A DNA stretch of 64,000 nt from Callorhinchus milii (taxonomy: Eukaryota). Shown here one piece after another: positions 38,486 to 52,965 of this stretch. The notes beneath the pieces are model-generated. The model saw only the letters and a program-made list of their open reading frames with translations, was not told where the DNA came from and ran no database searches. The position numbers and the translations under genes are program-made. Position 1 is the stretch's first letter. Every line of letters starts with the position of its first letter. Location of the stretch: positions 53,074,001 to 53,138,000 of the forward strand of contig NW_024704743.1 in assembly GCF_018977255.1 (NCBI RefSeq), in the 5' to 3' direction.

Positions 38486-41400
38486 TACATTATATCCTCA
38501 TTTAAATAGTTCTAAAGCCTTACAATTTGTTTAAGCCTTAGGATAGATTAGCCTGAATTATCTGGCAACATAGAAGTACCATAGTGACTGTAGGAACAGA
38601 AGGCCGTTCAGCTCACGAAACCTGCTGCACCCTTTTATTTACCTTTTAATCCCTTTACCCAGCTCTTTTTCCATAACAACAACTTGCATTTATATAGCAC
38701 CTTTCCGTTGGGTAGCGTCTCGGAACACTTGAAACCTTTAATTCCCAAGTGTATAATCTGAAGACTGAATCCTAAGGCACTGAAGCGAAAAGGTGGTGAA
38801 ACGGCTATTTGATGCACATAATGTTTACCTTCAAATGTCTGAAGAACCATCAGTGGAATGTCAATACTGCTAGTTCGTTGATGTAGAATTGATTCAGAAC
38901 TCAGGAGTTGCAGCCTCTTGATAAAACAAAGCAATATGACTTAAGGCAGGATCAATTAAGGAATGAACTAATTTGTATTGGATCTTACACAGCCCACACA
39001 GAATTAGAGAGGTGATGACAAAACAGATGCCATTACTATTGAAGTTTTTTTTAGAACTAATCCTTACCTGAATTACATGTAGAAGATTTAAAGTAAGTTA
39101 CTGCAGCAGAGGTTCCAAGGTTTTAGGAAACCAGATTGGGAAAGTCCTATTTTGTTTTGGGGAATCTAAAAATAATATATCATGCTCAGAATAACCAGAA
39201 TTTGTTTTTTCATGGGGAAATCCCATTGCAAGTAAACACAGTGAATGTATTCACACTTAGTAGCAAGAGACATTTCCTGCCAACCATATCAGAAGCACTC
39301 TCACTGCTACTGAAGATATTAATATCTCTTTCATTTATTTGAAATAAATGTGAATGTGACAACTCATATTTATTTATTACATATGCACTGATAGTAGTAT
39401 AATCATAGCATCTAGTGAGAACTGATTATATTGTGGCTCCATTAACAAATGAGAACTGCATTATTACCAGTGTTATTGTGTGTTTTGGCTGGATAGCTAG
39501 TGTTGGGGACTGCTTCTATCAAAAATAAACTAAATGAATTAGTTATCAGTAATTCAATGTGCTACTCCCATTCCACATTCATATTAAAGTCATATTTTCT
39601 ATGTTATTTAAAAGCACACTTTAAATGCTTGTAGTTTGTGTATGTCTCCAAGTGTTCTATCATGCTTATTGACCTATGGAGAGTTATTTTTGAAAAAGTT
39701 ATTTCAAAATGCATCTCAGCACAAAGTAACATAAGCATGTTACTTCAGCTTTCTATCCTAAATGTGCTTCTGTACAGCTCACTGGGAGTTTTGCCAAAGT
39801 GCCCTCACTAAATCTGTTGCAAGGAGGAGTGATACCACCATCAATGGTGTTTCAATTTTCCTCCTGACAGTACCAGTTGGAATAGGTATCATAAGGTTTC
39901 TGATTTTCTCTCATGTCTGAAAATTATTGGCAGGTAATTACCAGGACAGATCAAGAAAAAGGCCATTGTGGTTTTCTCCTGATTTTATATTTGTCTGTGT
40001 GATTAGATGAGTCTCTTTAAGTACTGGACTTATCTTAGACAACATTTACTTTGTAGTGTCGCGCCCTAGAATCCTTTCCTGAGCAGGACAGAGCTCCATC
40101 TGAATCAGTGAAAGACAGCCCTTACTCAGCATGCTAGTGATCAATTGATACAATTTGCTTTAATAATAATCCTTGCATTTGATACACAACAATCTCCCAC
40201 CGCTTTCATCACCTTTCCACATGAAAGGCGCTACGTGATGGTAAATTGTGTTGCATTCTATACTCATAGCATAAATTTGTACTAGCTACGCAACGTGATA
40301 TAGGTAAGGTCTATATAGATAAATACTGCCTCACATACATAGCATACTTCGTGATTTTAGAACATAAAAGCCTCTTCAGGATTGAAGATGACAGTCACTG
40401 ATACATTTTCAGTATTAACATGAAATTGAACTGTCTTGTCGCATTCCTCAAAAGCAGAGATTAGATTGCAAGTGGTAAAGCTAATTAATTTCAATACTGA
40501 AAGTATTGACCTCTTACAATTTCTGGAAAGACTCCAGTTTAGGCTGATTGTGTTTTCACCTCACAAGGTTTGATTGTATTCCCGACATTGCTGTGCAACC
40601 TAAAATCAATATTTCATGGGAGCAGTTAGAGGGAATGTTGAAAACGAATGGAGAAACATTCTGGATCAGCAGACTATGTAAGAGTGGTAAATACTCAGAG
40701 GTTCCAACCATCACAGAAGTGTATACAATTTTAAATGGGTTGGAAAAAGTAAACCCAGAACAATAGTGCTCCAGCTCAGTGTTGTTCCCCCATTCCCTCC
40801 ACCTTGCCCCCTCCTTTCCCTCATTTAGATCACGCCTGAAGACCTTGCTCTTCGACTGTGCTTACAGTCACCTCCTCCCTCCGCTCAGCTCAGTGTCAGG
40901 CTCAGCCACTGATAAGAGCTTCGAGAAAGTTGTTGTTTTCGTAGAAATTGCAGAATAGCCACAGATGTGGCTACGGTGACACCATTTTAGCCATGGGCAC
41001 TAATTTTAGTAGAAATTCCTCACTTACATTCACACAATACAGGTAAATGTACTTCACAAATGTGTTTACATGTATATTTACTTAACAAACATCTACCACC
41101 ATTCAGTGCAAAACTTTGCAGTCTTTCTCTTTCACCAAAGTTAGGAATTCTGGCATGCAGCCTCTAAGTTTGTGTCTAGCAGTTGTGAATGGTACTTTGA
41201 TTTTGTTAGTCATGGTGTCATAGCAAAGCCAAGCAGGATCCAACCTGCGTTCTCGATGGAGAGCAGGAGCGGGTCTTCTCTTTATTTATTTTTCTTTCAT
41301 GAGGTGTGCCAGATACAGCATTTTCACCCTTGTTACAGATTGAGCAGATAACCAATAGGCAGGAACTGAGGAAGTAAAGCACATACAACAATCGGAACAG

Positions 41401-41690
41401 TCGTACATGCTGCTTTTTGTCTTACCATTTTACCACAAAACACATAAAAATGTCAAAGTACACATGCATACATTGAGATCACATCCCTAACGATGGGGTC
41501 TATTACTCATTCTTTATTCACTAATCAAAAATACAATTCAGCTACATCTGGATTCCCAAATCGCCACATATGGCCGGTGGCTAACAGTGGCTAACATATT
41601 GGATGACCTGCTCTAGTCAGGCAGCACCTAGAGTATCGCATACAGTTCCGGTCTCCACAACATAAGGAGTCTTCCCAGGGCCTTGAGGCA

Positions 41691-42058
41691 ACAACAACAA
41701 GATTGCATTTAGAGAGCGCCTTTCACGTCGGGAGGACGTCCCAAGGCGCTGGACAGTTGGGTCGGGACCCGAGCGGGGGGAAATGGTCAGGGTGAGGGGA
41801 GGGAAGGGAGGGAGCGAGGAGAGCTGAAGGCACGGCTGAAGAGAAAGGTCTTGAGACCGGCCTTGAAGGAGGAAAGGGAGGAGGCGGCGAAGGCACTGCG
41901 GGATGGAGTGCCAGAGCCTAGGGGCTGAGAGGCTGAAAGCCTGGCCACCGATGGTAGGGCGGTTAGGGTGGGGGATGTGGAGCAGACCGGAGCCAGAGGA
42001 ACGGAGGGTACAGGCAGGTAAGTAGGGGGATAGTAGGTCGGAGAGGTAGGGGGATAGT
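41691..42058 (-). mobile_element. L2 3' fragment inserted in an old CR1 remnant
   Basis: (TTG)n tail and L2 3' UTR, flanked by AGGCA at 41686-41690 and 42059-42063. Confidence 0.82.
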
Positions 42059-42293
42059 AGGCAGGGCAGAAGAGAGCAATGGGATGCTTCCCCAGTGGGA
42101 ATGAGTTATGAACTATGGTTAAACAAGCTGGAGCTCTTCAGACACAAAGGCCTAAAAGCTTTCTTCTGTGCTGTAAATTCCTATGATTCTAAATGAGGTC
42201 TAACCAGCAGTCTGCGTGACTGGGGCAGCAACTCCTTAATTTTATATTCTAAAGGTTTTGTTACAAAGTACACATTATATTTGGATGGACACA

Positions 42294-42611
42294 GGAAACT
42301 GTAGCTCAGTGGTGAGAGCACTCGCTTTGCAAGCGAGACACCTGGGTTCAATTCCAGGCAGGGCGAAACCTTGGGCAAGTTTCCTTGCTCCACACACCTA
42401 ATAATAATCTCTCCAAAACCAAAAACAATAATAAATTGGTCATTTTCAATCCATGACTGTTTGTGGGACATTGCTGTGCACAATTGGCTGCCGCGTTCGC
42501 CCACAAATATACAGTCAATTCACTTTACAGTGTGTTCTGTGAAGCGCTTTGGGACGTCCTCCCGACGTGAAAAGCGCTATATCAAATGCAGGGATTATTA
42601 TTATTATTATT
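42294..42611 (+). mobile_element. Young tRNA-derived SINE (short variant)
   Basis: A box TAGCTCAGTGG, B box GGTTCAATTCC, Deu-like body, (TAT)n tail. Confidence 0.9.
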
Positions 42612-43562
42612 ACTCTTGAATATATTCCATGTCCCACACAAAAGCAAGAAAATATTCCTTTTAATTTCCAGAAATTTACAGAATTCTTTTTTTGACTAGT
42701 TGCTTGCAATAAAGAAATTCAGGACAGCAACTTATCCATATTTAGTACAGTCCTGGTCAATAGGACCCTGTAGAATTTTTGTAATGATAACATTGTGAAG
42801 ATTCCATCTTTCAAACTAAGGGTCCGAGTTTCTCTCATTCTCAGATCTTCAGAACTGTCTTAAAATTAAAGATTATTTTGAATATCAGTCTTAAAGTCAT
42901 CATTATCTGGAAGCAGATTTTCCACAGGTTTTTTGGTGTGCTATGTAAGATCAGTTTCCACATTAATAATAATAAATAATAATTCTTGCATTTGATATAG
43001 CACCCTATCACGTTGTTTAGACTAAATTTAAGATAGTTTTCCGATATTGCAATCTTAAATTTTAAGACAATGTTCTCAAGTCTAAGAGGAAGTGAAATTT
43101 CAAACACCTGAATTGTGAAAACTTCAGTTGTCACTATGTTGAGGATCCAGGAGCTGGCCAACTTTAATAGGATATTTCTGTCAAGTTAATGCAATCTCTT
43201 TATATGCAAAGCAATCTTGTGGAAGCTCATTTAAGTTGTCCTCATCTAAAAGAAAATCTGATACTGTCATTACTAAATGTCATGTCCAGAGCAATCATGC
43301 ATGACTGATACGTGCTCAAGCTTACAGATTCAGTACCATGATAGATGGTTGAATACCAAAATTTTCAGAAAAATCTCTTGTGACATAAACTGAAGAAATC
43401 TTCTTTGGGTCACTCTGGTTTGCCCCTCTTGTCCTGACACAAGATCTCCTCAGAGGTTTCATAAGTCAAACTGACATACAGGATCTTCCCCGGAGATCAC
43501 TCAGTCCAGTTTGTAACAACAACAATTTGGACTTATGTCGCGCCTTGCACAAAGGGAGAACA

Positions 43563-44899
43563 ACAACAACAACGAGATTACATTTGTATAGCGCCTTTCA
43601 CGTCGGGAGGACATCCCAAGGCACTGGACAGTGTACAGCATTTCAGACCTGAGCTGGGGTTAGGGGGGAGAAGGGAGGGGAGGGGCAGGGGGGTGGCCAA
43701 CGGCATGGTCGAAGAGGAGGATCTTTAGGCGGAACTTGAAGGAGGCTAAGGAGGGGGTGAGGCAGAGTGATTGGGGGATGGAATTCCAGAGGTTGGGGGC
43801 AGAGTGGTTGAAGGCTTTCCTGCCAATGGTGGGGTGGGTGGGTCGGGGGATGTGGAGCAGGCCAGAGCCGGCTGAGTGGAAGGAGCAGGCGGGTTAGTAG
43901 GCGGTTAGGAGGTCACCGAGATAGGGTGGGGCGAGACCATTGAGGGCTTTGTAGGTGAGGACCAGGATTTTGAACTGGATGCTCTGAAGGATAGGGAGCC
44001 AATGAGTCGGGCGAGAATGGGGGAGATGGGGTCATGGAGTTTGGTGCGGGAGAGGACACGGGCTGCAGAGTCCTGGATTATCTGCAGCCTGTGGAGGAGG
44101 AGTTGGGAAGGCCGACAAGCAGGGCGTTTACACAGTTGCACCTGGAGGTGATGAAGGCACGAACAAGAGTTTCAGCGGCCTGAGGGGTGAGGTAGGGGTG
44201 GAGTCGGGCAATGTTATGGATGTGAGGGAAGGAAGAGCGGGTCATGGCTTGGATGTGGGGAAGAAAAGAGAGTTGAAGCTTGAACAAGACACCTAGGTTC
44301 CTGACTGGTTTGGTGAGTTGTAGTGTGCAACCATGGAGGTTGATGCTGCCAGAGCCTGAGGTGCTGAGGCGCTGGCGGGAGCCAATCATGAGGACCTCAG
44401 TCTTGTTCATATTCAACTGTAGGAAATTTGCCCTCATCCAGGACTTGATGTCCGACAGACAGTCTGTCAGGACAGCAGTGGTCCTGGAGTTGAGGGTGGA
44501 GACAGAAAGATAGAGTTGAGTGTCATCCGCATACATATGGAAGATGACTCCATGTCTGCGGATGATGTCACCAAGGGGGAGCATGTAGATATTAAAGAGG
44601 AGAGGGAAAGGCAACAAAGTGGAGATGATGAGAGGATAGGAATTGAACCAGGCAAAGACTGGTCCGTGAAGATTAAGTAAGGAGGAGAGGCGGTGTATGA
44701 GGATGGAGTGGTCGACAGTGTCGAAGGCGGCAGAGAGGTCGAGGAGGACATGGAGGAAGAGGGAACCCTGATCACAGATGTTCAGAATGTCTTCAGTGAC
44801 TTTGACCCGGCTGTTTCGGTGCTGTGGGCAGCACGGAAGCCGGATTGGAGGGGTTCAAAGAGGGAATGGCAAGAGAGAAAGGAGCAGAGCTGGGACGCT
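43563..44899 (-). mobile_element. L2 LINE 3' part (RT with YADDTQLY, internal deletion) nested in an older L2 (43515-43562 plus 44900-45480)
   Basis: Peptides QSGFRAAHSTETA, MYADDTQLYL and LQIIQDSAARVL. TSD GAGAACA at 43556-43562 and 44900-44906. Confidence 0.9.
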
Positions 44900-46095
44900 G
44901 AGAACATCTCAAAATGCTTTACAAAGCTGGGAGGAAGATGGGAAGGGTAAGGGGAGTCTGGCCGAAGGGATAGTGAAAGAGATAGGTTTTCAGATGGGTT
45001 TCGAAAACTGAGAGAGAAGGGGGCAGCTCCAGAGGGCAGGAGCAAAGAGGAAGGAGGCTGAATGTTCAAACATCAATGGTGCAGTCAAGCAGGGGTGGGG
45101 GTCTGAGGGAGTAGGGTAAGAAAAGTAAGGAAGACGATCTTAAAGTTGAGGTACTGAGGGATAGAGAGCTAATGTAGCCAGTCGAGGATGGGAGCTTGAC
45201 TTGCGAAGCTCAGTGTGGCAGAGAATGTGGGCTCTGGAGTTCTGGATGGTCTGGAGCTTGTGGAGGATGAAACTGGAGAGACTGTTGAGAAGGGCATTGG
45301 AAAAGTTGAGTCCAGATGTGAGAAATGATTGGATGAGGGTTTTGGTTACATTGGGGATGAAGTAGTGGTGGAGGCAAGCAATATTACAGAAGTAGAAGAA
45401 GGCAGACGTGATCAGAGCCTGGATGAAAGGTTTGAAAGAGTTAAGGGTCGAACAAACCACCAAGGTTCTTCACAGGCTCTGTTAATTAGAGTTAGCAATC
45501 GATGAAGTCAATACAATCAATGCACGAGGTGAAGAGATACACAGAGCCCTAGTTGCCATCTGAGGATATAGTTTGTGATTTTGACTAAGATGCTTTGTTC
45601 AGCAATTACACTGCTCAAACCCATTTTTAACCCGACTATATAACTTCTCCAATAATTCAATGAACGTTTCCACATTTCCCCTGTCTGGTGGAAAACTTCT
45701 CCAAGTAGACCAGGATGGTCACGGTTGGTCAGGATAGTGAGCTACTAGTGGATTGCTGAATAAGCACAGGTGTCGCTCACCAGTTATACCAATTATACCA
45801 GATATGTGCTATAATTCACCTCAACACTCCTGCAAAAGGGAAGGAATCCTGAGTTCCTGTTCCTATTTGTTATTAAATGATTCCTGCAGGCATGTTTACA
45901 TGTGTATGGATGTTGGGTGAGGATGGACTCTGGTTCTTTATGAATTATCCCTTCTTAAAAGGGGTAATTAAAAGTAATACTACTAACTACTAATAATAAT
46001 AATCTTTGCATTTGATATAGCGCCCGATTACGTCATTAAGACATCTCAAAGCACTTCATAGAATAATAATATAACAGGCTATAGCAGGAGATGTC

Positions 46096-46479
46096 ATAAT
46101 AATAATAATAATCCTTGCATTTTATATAGCACCCTATCGCATGTTCGAGACGTTTCAAAGCACTTCACAGAATATATTGCAAAGTGAATAGACTGTATAT
46201 TTTGTGGGCGAAACTGGAAGCCTATTGCACACATCAGTGTCCCACAAACATGTGGATTGAGTGACTAAATCATTTTTTAAAAATTTTTGAAGGGATTATT
46301 TATTACCCTCAGAAAAGAGATCCGCCAATTGACTAACAACTGGGTTCCTACTTACTGCTAGGTAAACAGAGGTGTGTGGAGTAAGGAAACTTGCCCATCA
46401 TTTCGCCCTGGCCAGGAAGCAAATCCATGTCCTCTTGCTTGCAAGGCAAGTGCCTTGCTACACTAAGCTACAGTACTCC
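46096..46479 (-). mobile_element. Young tRNA-derived SINE (long variant), nested in another SINE fragment
   Basis: Complete head, body and tail. The outer SINE tail at ~45975-46070 resumes at ~46485. Confidence 0.88.
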
Positions 46480-48094
46480 ACAATAAGAATGTACTGTAAA
46501 GTGTATTGACTGTGTATTTTGTGCGTGAACCGTGGCAGCCAATTATGGACAGCAGAATTTATACGTGCAGAACCAATTTCTGGGCAAGCTAGTAGAGGGT
46601 GTCCAGCATCTATGGAATGATATTCTCAGGAGAGTACAGAGAAAATTGGGAGGGAGAAAAGGCATGATATTAGGATTATTTCTTAATTTGCCAATGACGG
46701 AATTTAAACATTTTAAACATTACAGATGTCCAGAGTTGATTGGTTGTGTAAAAATGTCTTGAATGATAATGTGCTTTCAATTAATGTAATGTAATCTATA
46801 GTGCAATGTTTCGAATGACATAATAGTCTTGACAGAGTACAATGAATGTGTATATAGTCTTGACAGAATACAGTGAATAAATAGAATCATGGTTCAAAGG
46901 TTGCTGCTTAGTTTTAATGGACTGTGTCTCTCATGGATAGATGATGGTCTGTCTAGGCTGACTCCTTTTTTACAAAATGTTTCATTCCTGTTTTATAAAT
47001 GAAAGATGACATCAATTCATTGAGACATCATGCGATTGGGAAAATTAGTCAAACAGAGTAAATTAGAGCTATCTGGACTCAACAATATCTTTGTGATGTA
47101 CAGTTAACTTTTACATCTTTGGAAGCTCAATTCTGCAGTAAGTAAATAATAATTATAAAGTTATGAATTATAAAACACGCGCTTTAATCACAATCATTAA
47201 TCTGTAGATTTTATTTGATCCTTTAGAAAGTGAGGGCAAAAAAATAAAGTGGAGTACAGGATCAGATTCTGTAATTCTTTCAATCGCTAGTTTTCTCCCC
47301 TGTTCTCCTACGAGTTGTGACTCATGCTGTTGTACAGCCCTTAGAGTGACAGCCACTTTCCTACACCTCACCCAAGTTGATCATGTGTGAATCTTGTCAC
47401 ATCAGGAGTATCAGGGAACTACTCAACTTCAGGCAGAATCACAGCCGAGACGAGAGCAAGAACTCTCTAACCCTGAGGTCCTGAGGCCAATCGCAGAGCC
47501 TCAGCTGCTGCCCGCAGCAAATCCTCTCCGCACAAAGCAGCTTAGCAAGACAACATATTGCCACCAATCTGATCAAAGGTACAGATAGTGTCAATCATGC
47601 TGTCATGGTCACTGAGAAATTACCTCAATGGCGTATGCCAGATTCTAGAGAAATAGACTCTGATATTTTAGTTATCAGGTCAAATAAAAAGCACAATTTC
47701 AGGCACTGTAGTAATGACGAGTGGGAAATGTTATTTATTCTTTACATGTGTTGAGACCTAAATCTTGTAGGCCTTGGCCGAGGAGGTCCCTTCCTCATCC
47801 CTGCTCCCTCTGAAGACCATTTTCTCTCAGAAGATCACGAGAAGTTTCAATAAAGAAGGTTTTCAACTTTTTTGATCTCATCCTTCAAGAATAGTTACCC
47901 TACTGTGTGCCAGAAAGACGGTGGCAATGCTATCACTCATTTCATGCTGAGATACGTTGCCCACTGGAAAGTTTGCAGGGAGTTCCTTGTACCTATCATC
48001 CACCTAGTGAGGCTCAAACCCACACTCGTTGGATGTCGAACGACCAACTAGAGACTATCCTCTTTTGGAGGGAGGTAATTGGTGTCTGTCATTG

Positions 48095-48550
48095 GGGGCA
48101 GAGAGTCATCCCACTCAGCTCATGTTAACCCTGCAAGCCAAAGCTCTAATGGGTAGGGAGGTCCTAGCTGGACAAGCAGCAGGAAAGCTTGCCAGACAGT
48201 GATATCAATGGCAAGCTATGCAGTTTTAGCTGGTTAGGCTCTAGCAGTACCCCAACACACACTCTGGGTTCCCCAGGCCTTGGCCCTGGCCAACCTGCAC
48301 CTAAATCACTCTGGGATGCTACCCCGCATGAAGGGCGGTATATAAATGCAAGTTGTTGATGTTGTTGTAATACTTTCCGGAATTAGGTAAGTAGGATGTG
48401 TTCCTCCATGGAGAGAGTGCGCATTCCATTCCAACAATCTACCTCTGGGATTCCCAGTAGGTAGGATGCATGAAAACCTCAGCTTGATTTGGATAGTCTT
48501 ATGCATGGTGATGGTGTTCCACATGTGTCAGACATCCAGCTGATCAAACA
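48095..48550 (-). repeat. Unclassified interspersed repeat (family X), best-preserved copy, with a short L2-type tail inserted at ~48310-48370
   Basis: Reverse complement aligns with 11575-11845, 12405-12720 and 57010-57623. Confidence 0.75.
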
Positions 48551-50179
48551 ACGATCTTTCCAGTTCCAGCATCAACCAGTTTCTTAAATGAGTCCAATGT
48601 TCTGGCCTCAAGCACCCTTCCTGGTAACCTGTTGCAGACGCTATGTAAAGATATATATCTTAATGCCTTTCCTAAGTGTGTTCCTTCTTGTCCTGCTGCC
48701 TTGGTAATCTGAAAATATTGTTCTGATTTTAAAATTCTCTATCCCATTTAGCAATTGTGTAACTTCTATATGCTCCTTTCTTAGCTGCTGCTTTTCTATA
48801 TGACTTTTATAGTTCATCCCTCTCTTATCACTGGGGGTCAGTTTCATGGCTCTTCTCTGCTCCGAGGGTTTGGACAGTTCCTTTATGCCTTTAGAACTTT
48901 GTTTCTAATCCAGTCCAAAGCTGAAGATATAATGTTTTCCTCGCTTTGTGTCAGACAAAGCTTTTAATCTGTAAAATACGGTTTTACTCCTCCAGTGTAA
49001 ATTAAACAGCTTGAATATTGAACTTTCTGTACGGATTCTGGCACAAAGCAAGTTTAACTAAATTTTGATGCACTGATCTGTGTAACAAACAAGTGTCAAG
49101 ACAGAGATTTGTTGAGGCTGAACTTGATCTGTTATAGTAGCACTGCAGCACTGGAGTACAATATTCCTGTACAGTGAATCAAATTAGCTTCTCACCTACA
49201 AAACACAGTCAATTCACTTTACAGTATGTTCTCAATAACGTGATAAGGCGCTATATCAAATGCAACGATCAAATGCAAGCTCGATAATGAATATTGCTCT
49301 GAAACAATATTTTGCACCACACATATGTGCATGTTAAAAAAACACTTAATCTTCCTTCCGATGGAGGAAGAATTGTTTTGCATCATAAATACAAAGCAGA
49401 TGATAGGTACTTATTTTAAGAGCTCGATCTAGGTACACTGTTAACAGCAACTTTTTCAATTAATTATTTGCCAGTCACAATTATAACGTTATACATGGCG
49501 ATCCTGAATTAATGGGCAAGCAATGTAATTGAGCCTATTCAGATCACTAAGGCATGTCAGATGTTATGAATTAATGCAGATTTAGTGTAATTGGAAAGGC
49601 ATCAGAACTATTCTCTTGAATTATAATGTGCTCAGATAGTTCCAAATACAGTTTAACCTGCTCTACAGCTGTTGAGGAAGTCAGAGCAGAACTATAAGGG
49701 AAACAGTAGGTGCAATAGAATGATGGAATACAAAGCCAGTAGCATTTTAGCTTTATTAATTGCAAGTCATTCAGCTCTGACAGATGTGGCTGTTTCATGC
49801 GACTGAAGCAAGTATCCACCCAGGCTCACTCATTAACATAATTGTAATAATTTGCCTGTGATCCCAAAGGTACTTGGATACTTTGTATAAAAAGCAAAAA
49901 TTAAGATTTTTGTTATCCCGTATGTGTTACATTGCCTGAACATTCAGCAGGGAGAACTTTCACCCGCGGCTAGATTTACTCTATTTCCTTAACATTTTAA
50001 AGCCCACAAAATATACTCAATTCACTTTATAGTATATACTGTGAAGCACTTTGAGACGTCTTGTAGATGTGATATGGCTCTATATCAAATCCAAGGATTA
50101 TAAAGCGTTCAGAATTTGGCAAGTTCTTAAATACAGTTAATTTTGAAACATGTTTTCTCTAAGTTGTTTTAAGATTTGC

Positions 50180-50492
50180 GGAGTCCTGTAGCTCAGTGGT
50201 TAGAGCACTCGCCTCACAAGCGAGAGACCTGGATTAGATTCCTGGCAGGGCGAAAACTTGGGCAAGTTTCCCTACTTCACACGCCTAATAATATTCCCTC
50301 AAGATAAAAAAGAACAATAATAGTTTGGTCACTTCAATCCACGACTTTTGTGGGACACTGCTGTGCACACTTGGCTGCCGCATTTCGCCCACAAAAATAC
50401 AGTCAATTCACTTTACAGTATATTCTGTGAGATGTTTTGAGACTTCTAGAAGACGTGAAAAGCGCTATATCAAATTCAAGGATTATTATTAT
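50180..50492 (+). mobile_element. Young tRNA-derived SINE (short variant)
   Basis: GGAGTCCTGTAGCTCAGTGG head through to the (TAT)n tail. Confidence 0.9.
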
Positions 50493-51634
50493 TTCAATAA
50501 ACAAAACAAACAACTAATACAATGTGTTGAACTGCCTCCTATTGTAGATATCAATGGTTGAATGGCACTCTTGCCAACGTGGATAGAACGTAATTTAAAA
50601 GCAGAAGTTGGGTTCATTCTGTTCCGGTTCTCGCCAGTCTCCACTGTATCCCTATCTCCCAGTAGATTGATTTCAAGGTCCTCACCCTCATCCATCCACT
50701 CCCTGGCATCTCCCTATCTTTCTGACCCTACTCTTTCGCTCGCCCACTCCTCTCGGCTAACTCGGGTTTGCTGTGTGTCTCCCACCCTCCCCATGCCATC
50801 ATTGGTGGCTGATCCTTCAGTTCCTACTCCCCTAATCTCTGAACTCCCTCCCTCTACCATTCTGACTTACCCTGCGATTGTTTGCTTTCAAGAACCTAAC
50901 CAATTCCCTTTTGAAAGCTACTATTGAATCTGTTTCCATCAACCTTTCAGGCAATTATAAATTCCGCACATATACAGAATGAAATAACAGATGCTCTTGA
51001 CTTTTTTTAAAATATTTTTCAGTATAAAAACTGACACTTCACTAAGGAGAGACACTCAAGCGAGAACCTAAAAAGACCCACAGAAAATCAGCTTCTAAAT
51101 TAAGACTGAATTAATAATGGGAAATCCCATTATAAGTGCACACCACTAAATGTCCTTTAATGTTCCTGTGAAAAACTTGCTGCTGTAAGCCTCTCTGTAG
51201 TAATTGACAGTCTTTCTTAAACAAGCAGATCAACTTTCTGTCTTAGTGCTGATGTTGTAATTGTTTAGCCTGTAGCAGAACAAGTGCAATTGTCTGGAAA
51301 ATACGCCCTCACATTTGAGGTTGAAACAACACACTCTTGCTTTTCACCTACTGTTACTTTCACAAACATATTGTCGTTCAAGCAAATAGAACAATAATAA
51401 ACAAAATATTCCTATCTGGTGACTTTAAATTGCTGCTGTTTTGGAATCATTCGAACAGAATACTATTGATCTAAACTTTCATTACCATACACAGAAAATT
51501 AAACTGCTGCCCTACTAACTTCTATCAGAATGATTAATATACTGATAATTGGATTGTAACACACCCAACCAGAGCAAGAAATATCAATGTGCATTTCTGT
51601 GTCCTTGTTTTTACTCTCCTTTTCAGATCCATAG

Positions 51635-52085
51635 ACCACTGCCACACTCAGTACCTCACCAAGTGACTATTCTTCATGACCGTAATGTATATCTATAGTC
51701 TGCGGATCACTAACAAAATTCAGTGAACAAGGCCTGACATTTCTCATGTTCTTAGCCTTAAGACCATGGTCTTAAAATGTAAAATTGTGCAGAAGTCTTT
51801 ATTTGGAATCCTTTATGGATAAGCTACAAGAAGCCATCAGCGTACCCTTGCCCCTGTGAGCCTCGACTAACTCTTCAGCCATGGAGGGTATTACAACCAA
51901 ACCTGATCTTGTTCTCATCCAACACCCACACATGTGCACTTTCCTGCACAGAACACTGGATAGCAGAGTGAGATCCTACCTGATTAATCTCTCTCGAGCC
52001 CATAGGTTTTGAGATCATTTATAGCACTCCTACATTTGCCTCAGTTGGGGATTAGCTAACTCAGCATGAACCTAGATTCAAAGAT
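51635..52085 (-). mobile_element. Ancient SINE-like relic, possibly LF-SINE-like; related pieces at ~41215-41350, 45820-45935, 47320-47515 and 52990-53175
   Basis: Shared degenerate blocks ctcayccaac..cacacatgtgcactttcc..cactggatagc and gattagctaactcagca. The family name is uncertain. Confidence 0.5.
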
Positions 52086-52504
52086 CACAATTTTTGTTCC
52101 ATATGGTTCACAAGAGTGAAAGGAAGTGGAAGATTAACATAAGCGGTCGAAGAGGTAGGGTTAAGGTGGGATTTAAAGACAATAGAGAGGTTTGAGGAGA
52201 AGGGATAGAGAGGTTAGGGGCATAGTGACTGAAGGTTTGGCAACTGTTTGCATTGCATGGAGGAATGGGTTGAAAGTGCACTCGTACCATAATTTGTGTC
52301 GATGACTGATTTGGCCATTAATGTTGTTTTGTTTCTTAGATTTGAAGAGATAACTCAATGGTTGGATCAGTTGAAGTGAAGTTGAAGTTGAAGAACAAAG
52401 TAAGAAAACTGCATAAACCTGGGACTCAGTGCAGAGGACAAAAATGAAATTGAACCCTGGTGTTAGAGGAATGAGCTATGAGCAACAGTTAGATAATTTG
52501 TAAA

Positions 52505-52965
52505 CCAGTCTCGGTTGGTAGCACCTCGCCTGTGAGTGACAAGGTTGTGGGAACTCCCAAGTAGGGAATTGTGGTCTAGAAGTTGTGGTCTAAGATGACA
52601 TTCCAATTCAGTGCTGGGGAGTGCTACATTACCAGAGGTGCTGTCCTTCAGATGAGACGTTGAACCGAGATCCCACCTGTCAATGTTCAGGTGGATATTG
52701 GGATGTCTCAAAGACGTGATAAGGTGCTATATCAAATGCAAGGATTATTATTATTATTATTATATTGAAGATTCCATGGCACTAACAGAGAAGCAGGTTT
52801 TTCCCAGAGCCCTGGCCAGTAATCCCCCTGATAAAGATCATCATTCAACGAATGGCCGCTTGTGGCACATTGCCGTCCACAACTTGGCTACTGCATTCAC
52901 TTACAAATAGTCAATGCACTTTGCAGTAAATCCTGTGAAGTGCTCTGAAACACCTTCTTGGTGCT
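52505..52965 (+). mobile_element. Older DeuSINE with an inserted SINE tail
   Basis: Head ctcggttggtagcacctcgcc; core ccttcagatgagacgttgaaccgag..caggtgga..gattccatggcact. Confidence 0.72.

Noticed and set aside
32989..41200. Short 60-100 aa ORFs in AT-rich upstream DNA as exons of a neighbouring gene
   Set aside because: No recognisable domains and no consistent splice frame. I cannot exclude small exons or lncRNAs without expression data.
42294..42370. tRNA-like sequences (also at 50180, 54746 and on the minus strand at 7163, 10309, 19088, 46479, 63627)
   Set aside because: Each is fused to the same SINE body and tail and has variable anticodon loops, so these are SINE heads, not tRNA genes.
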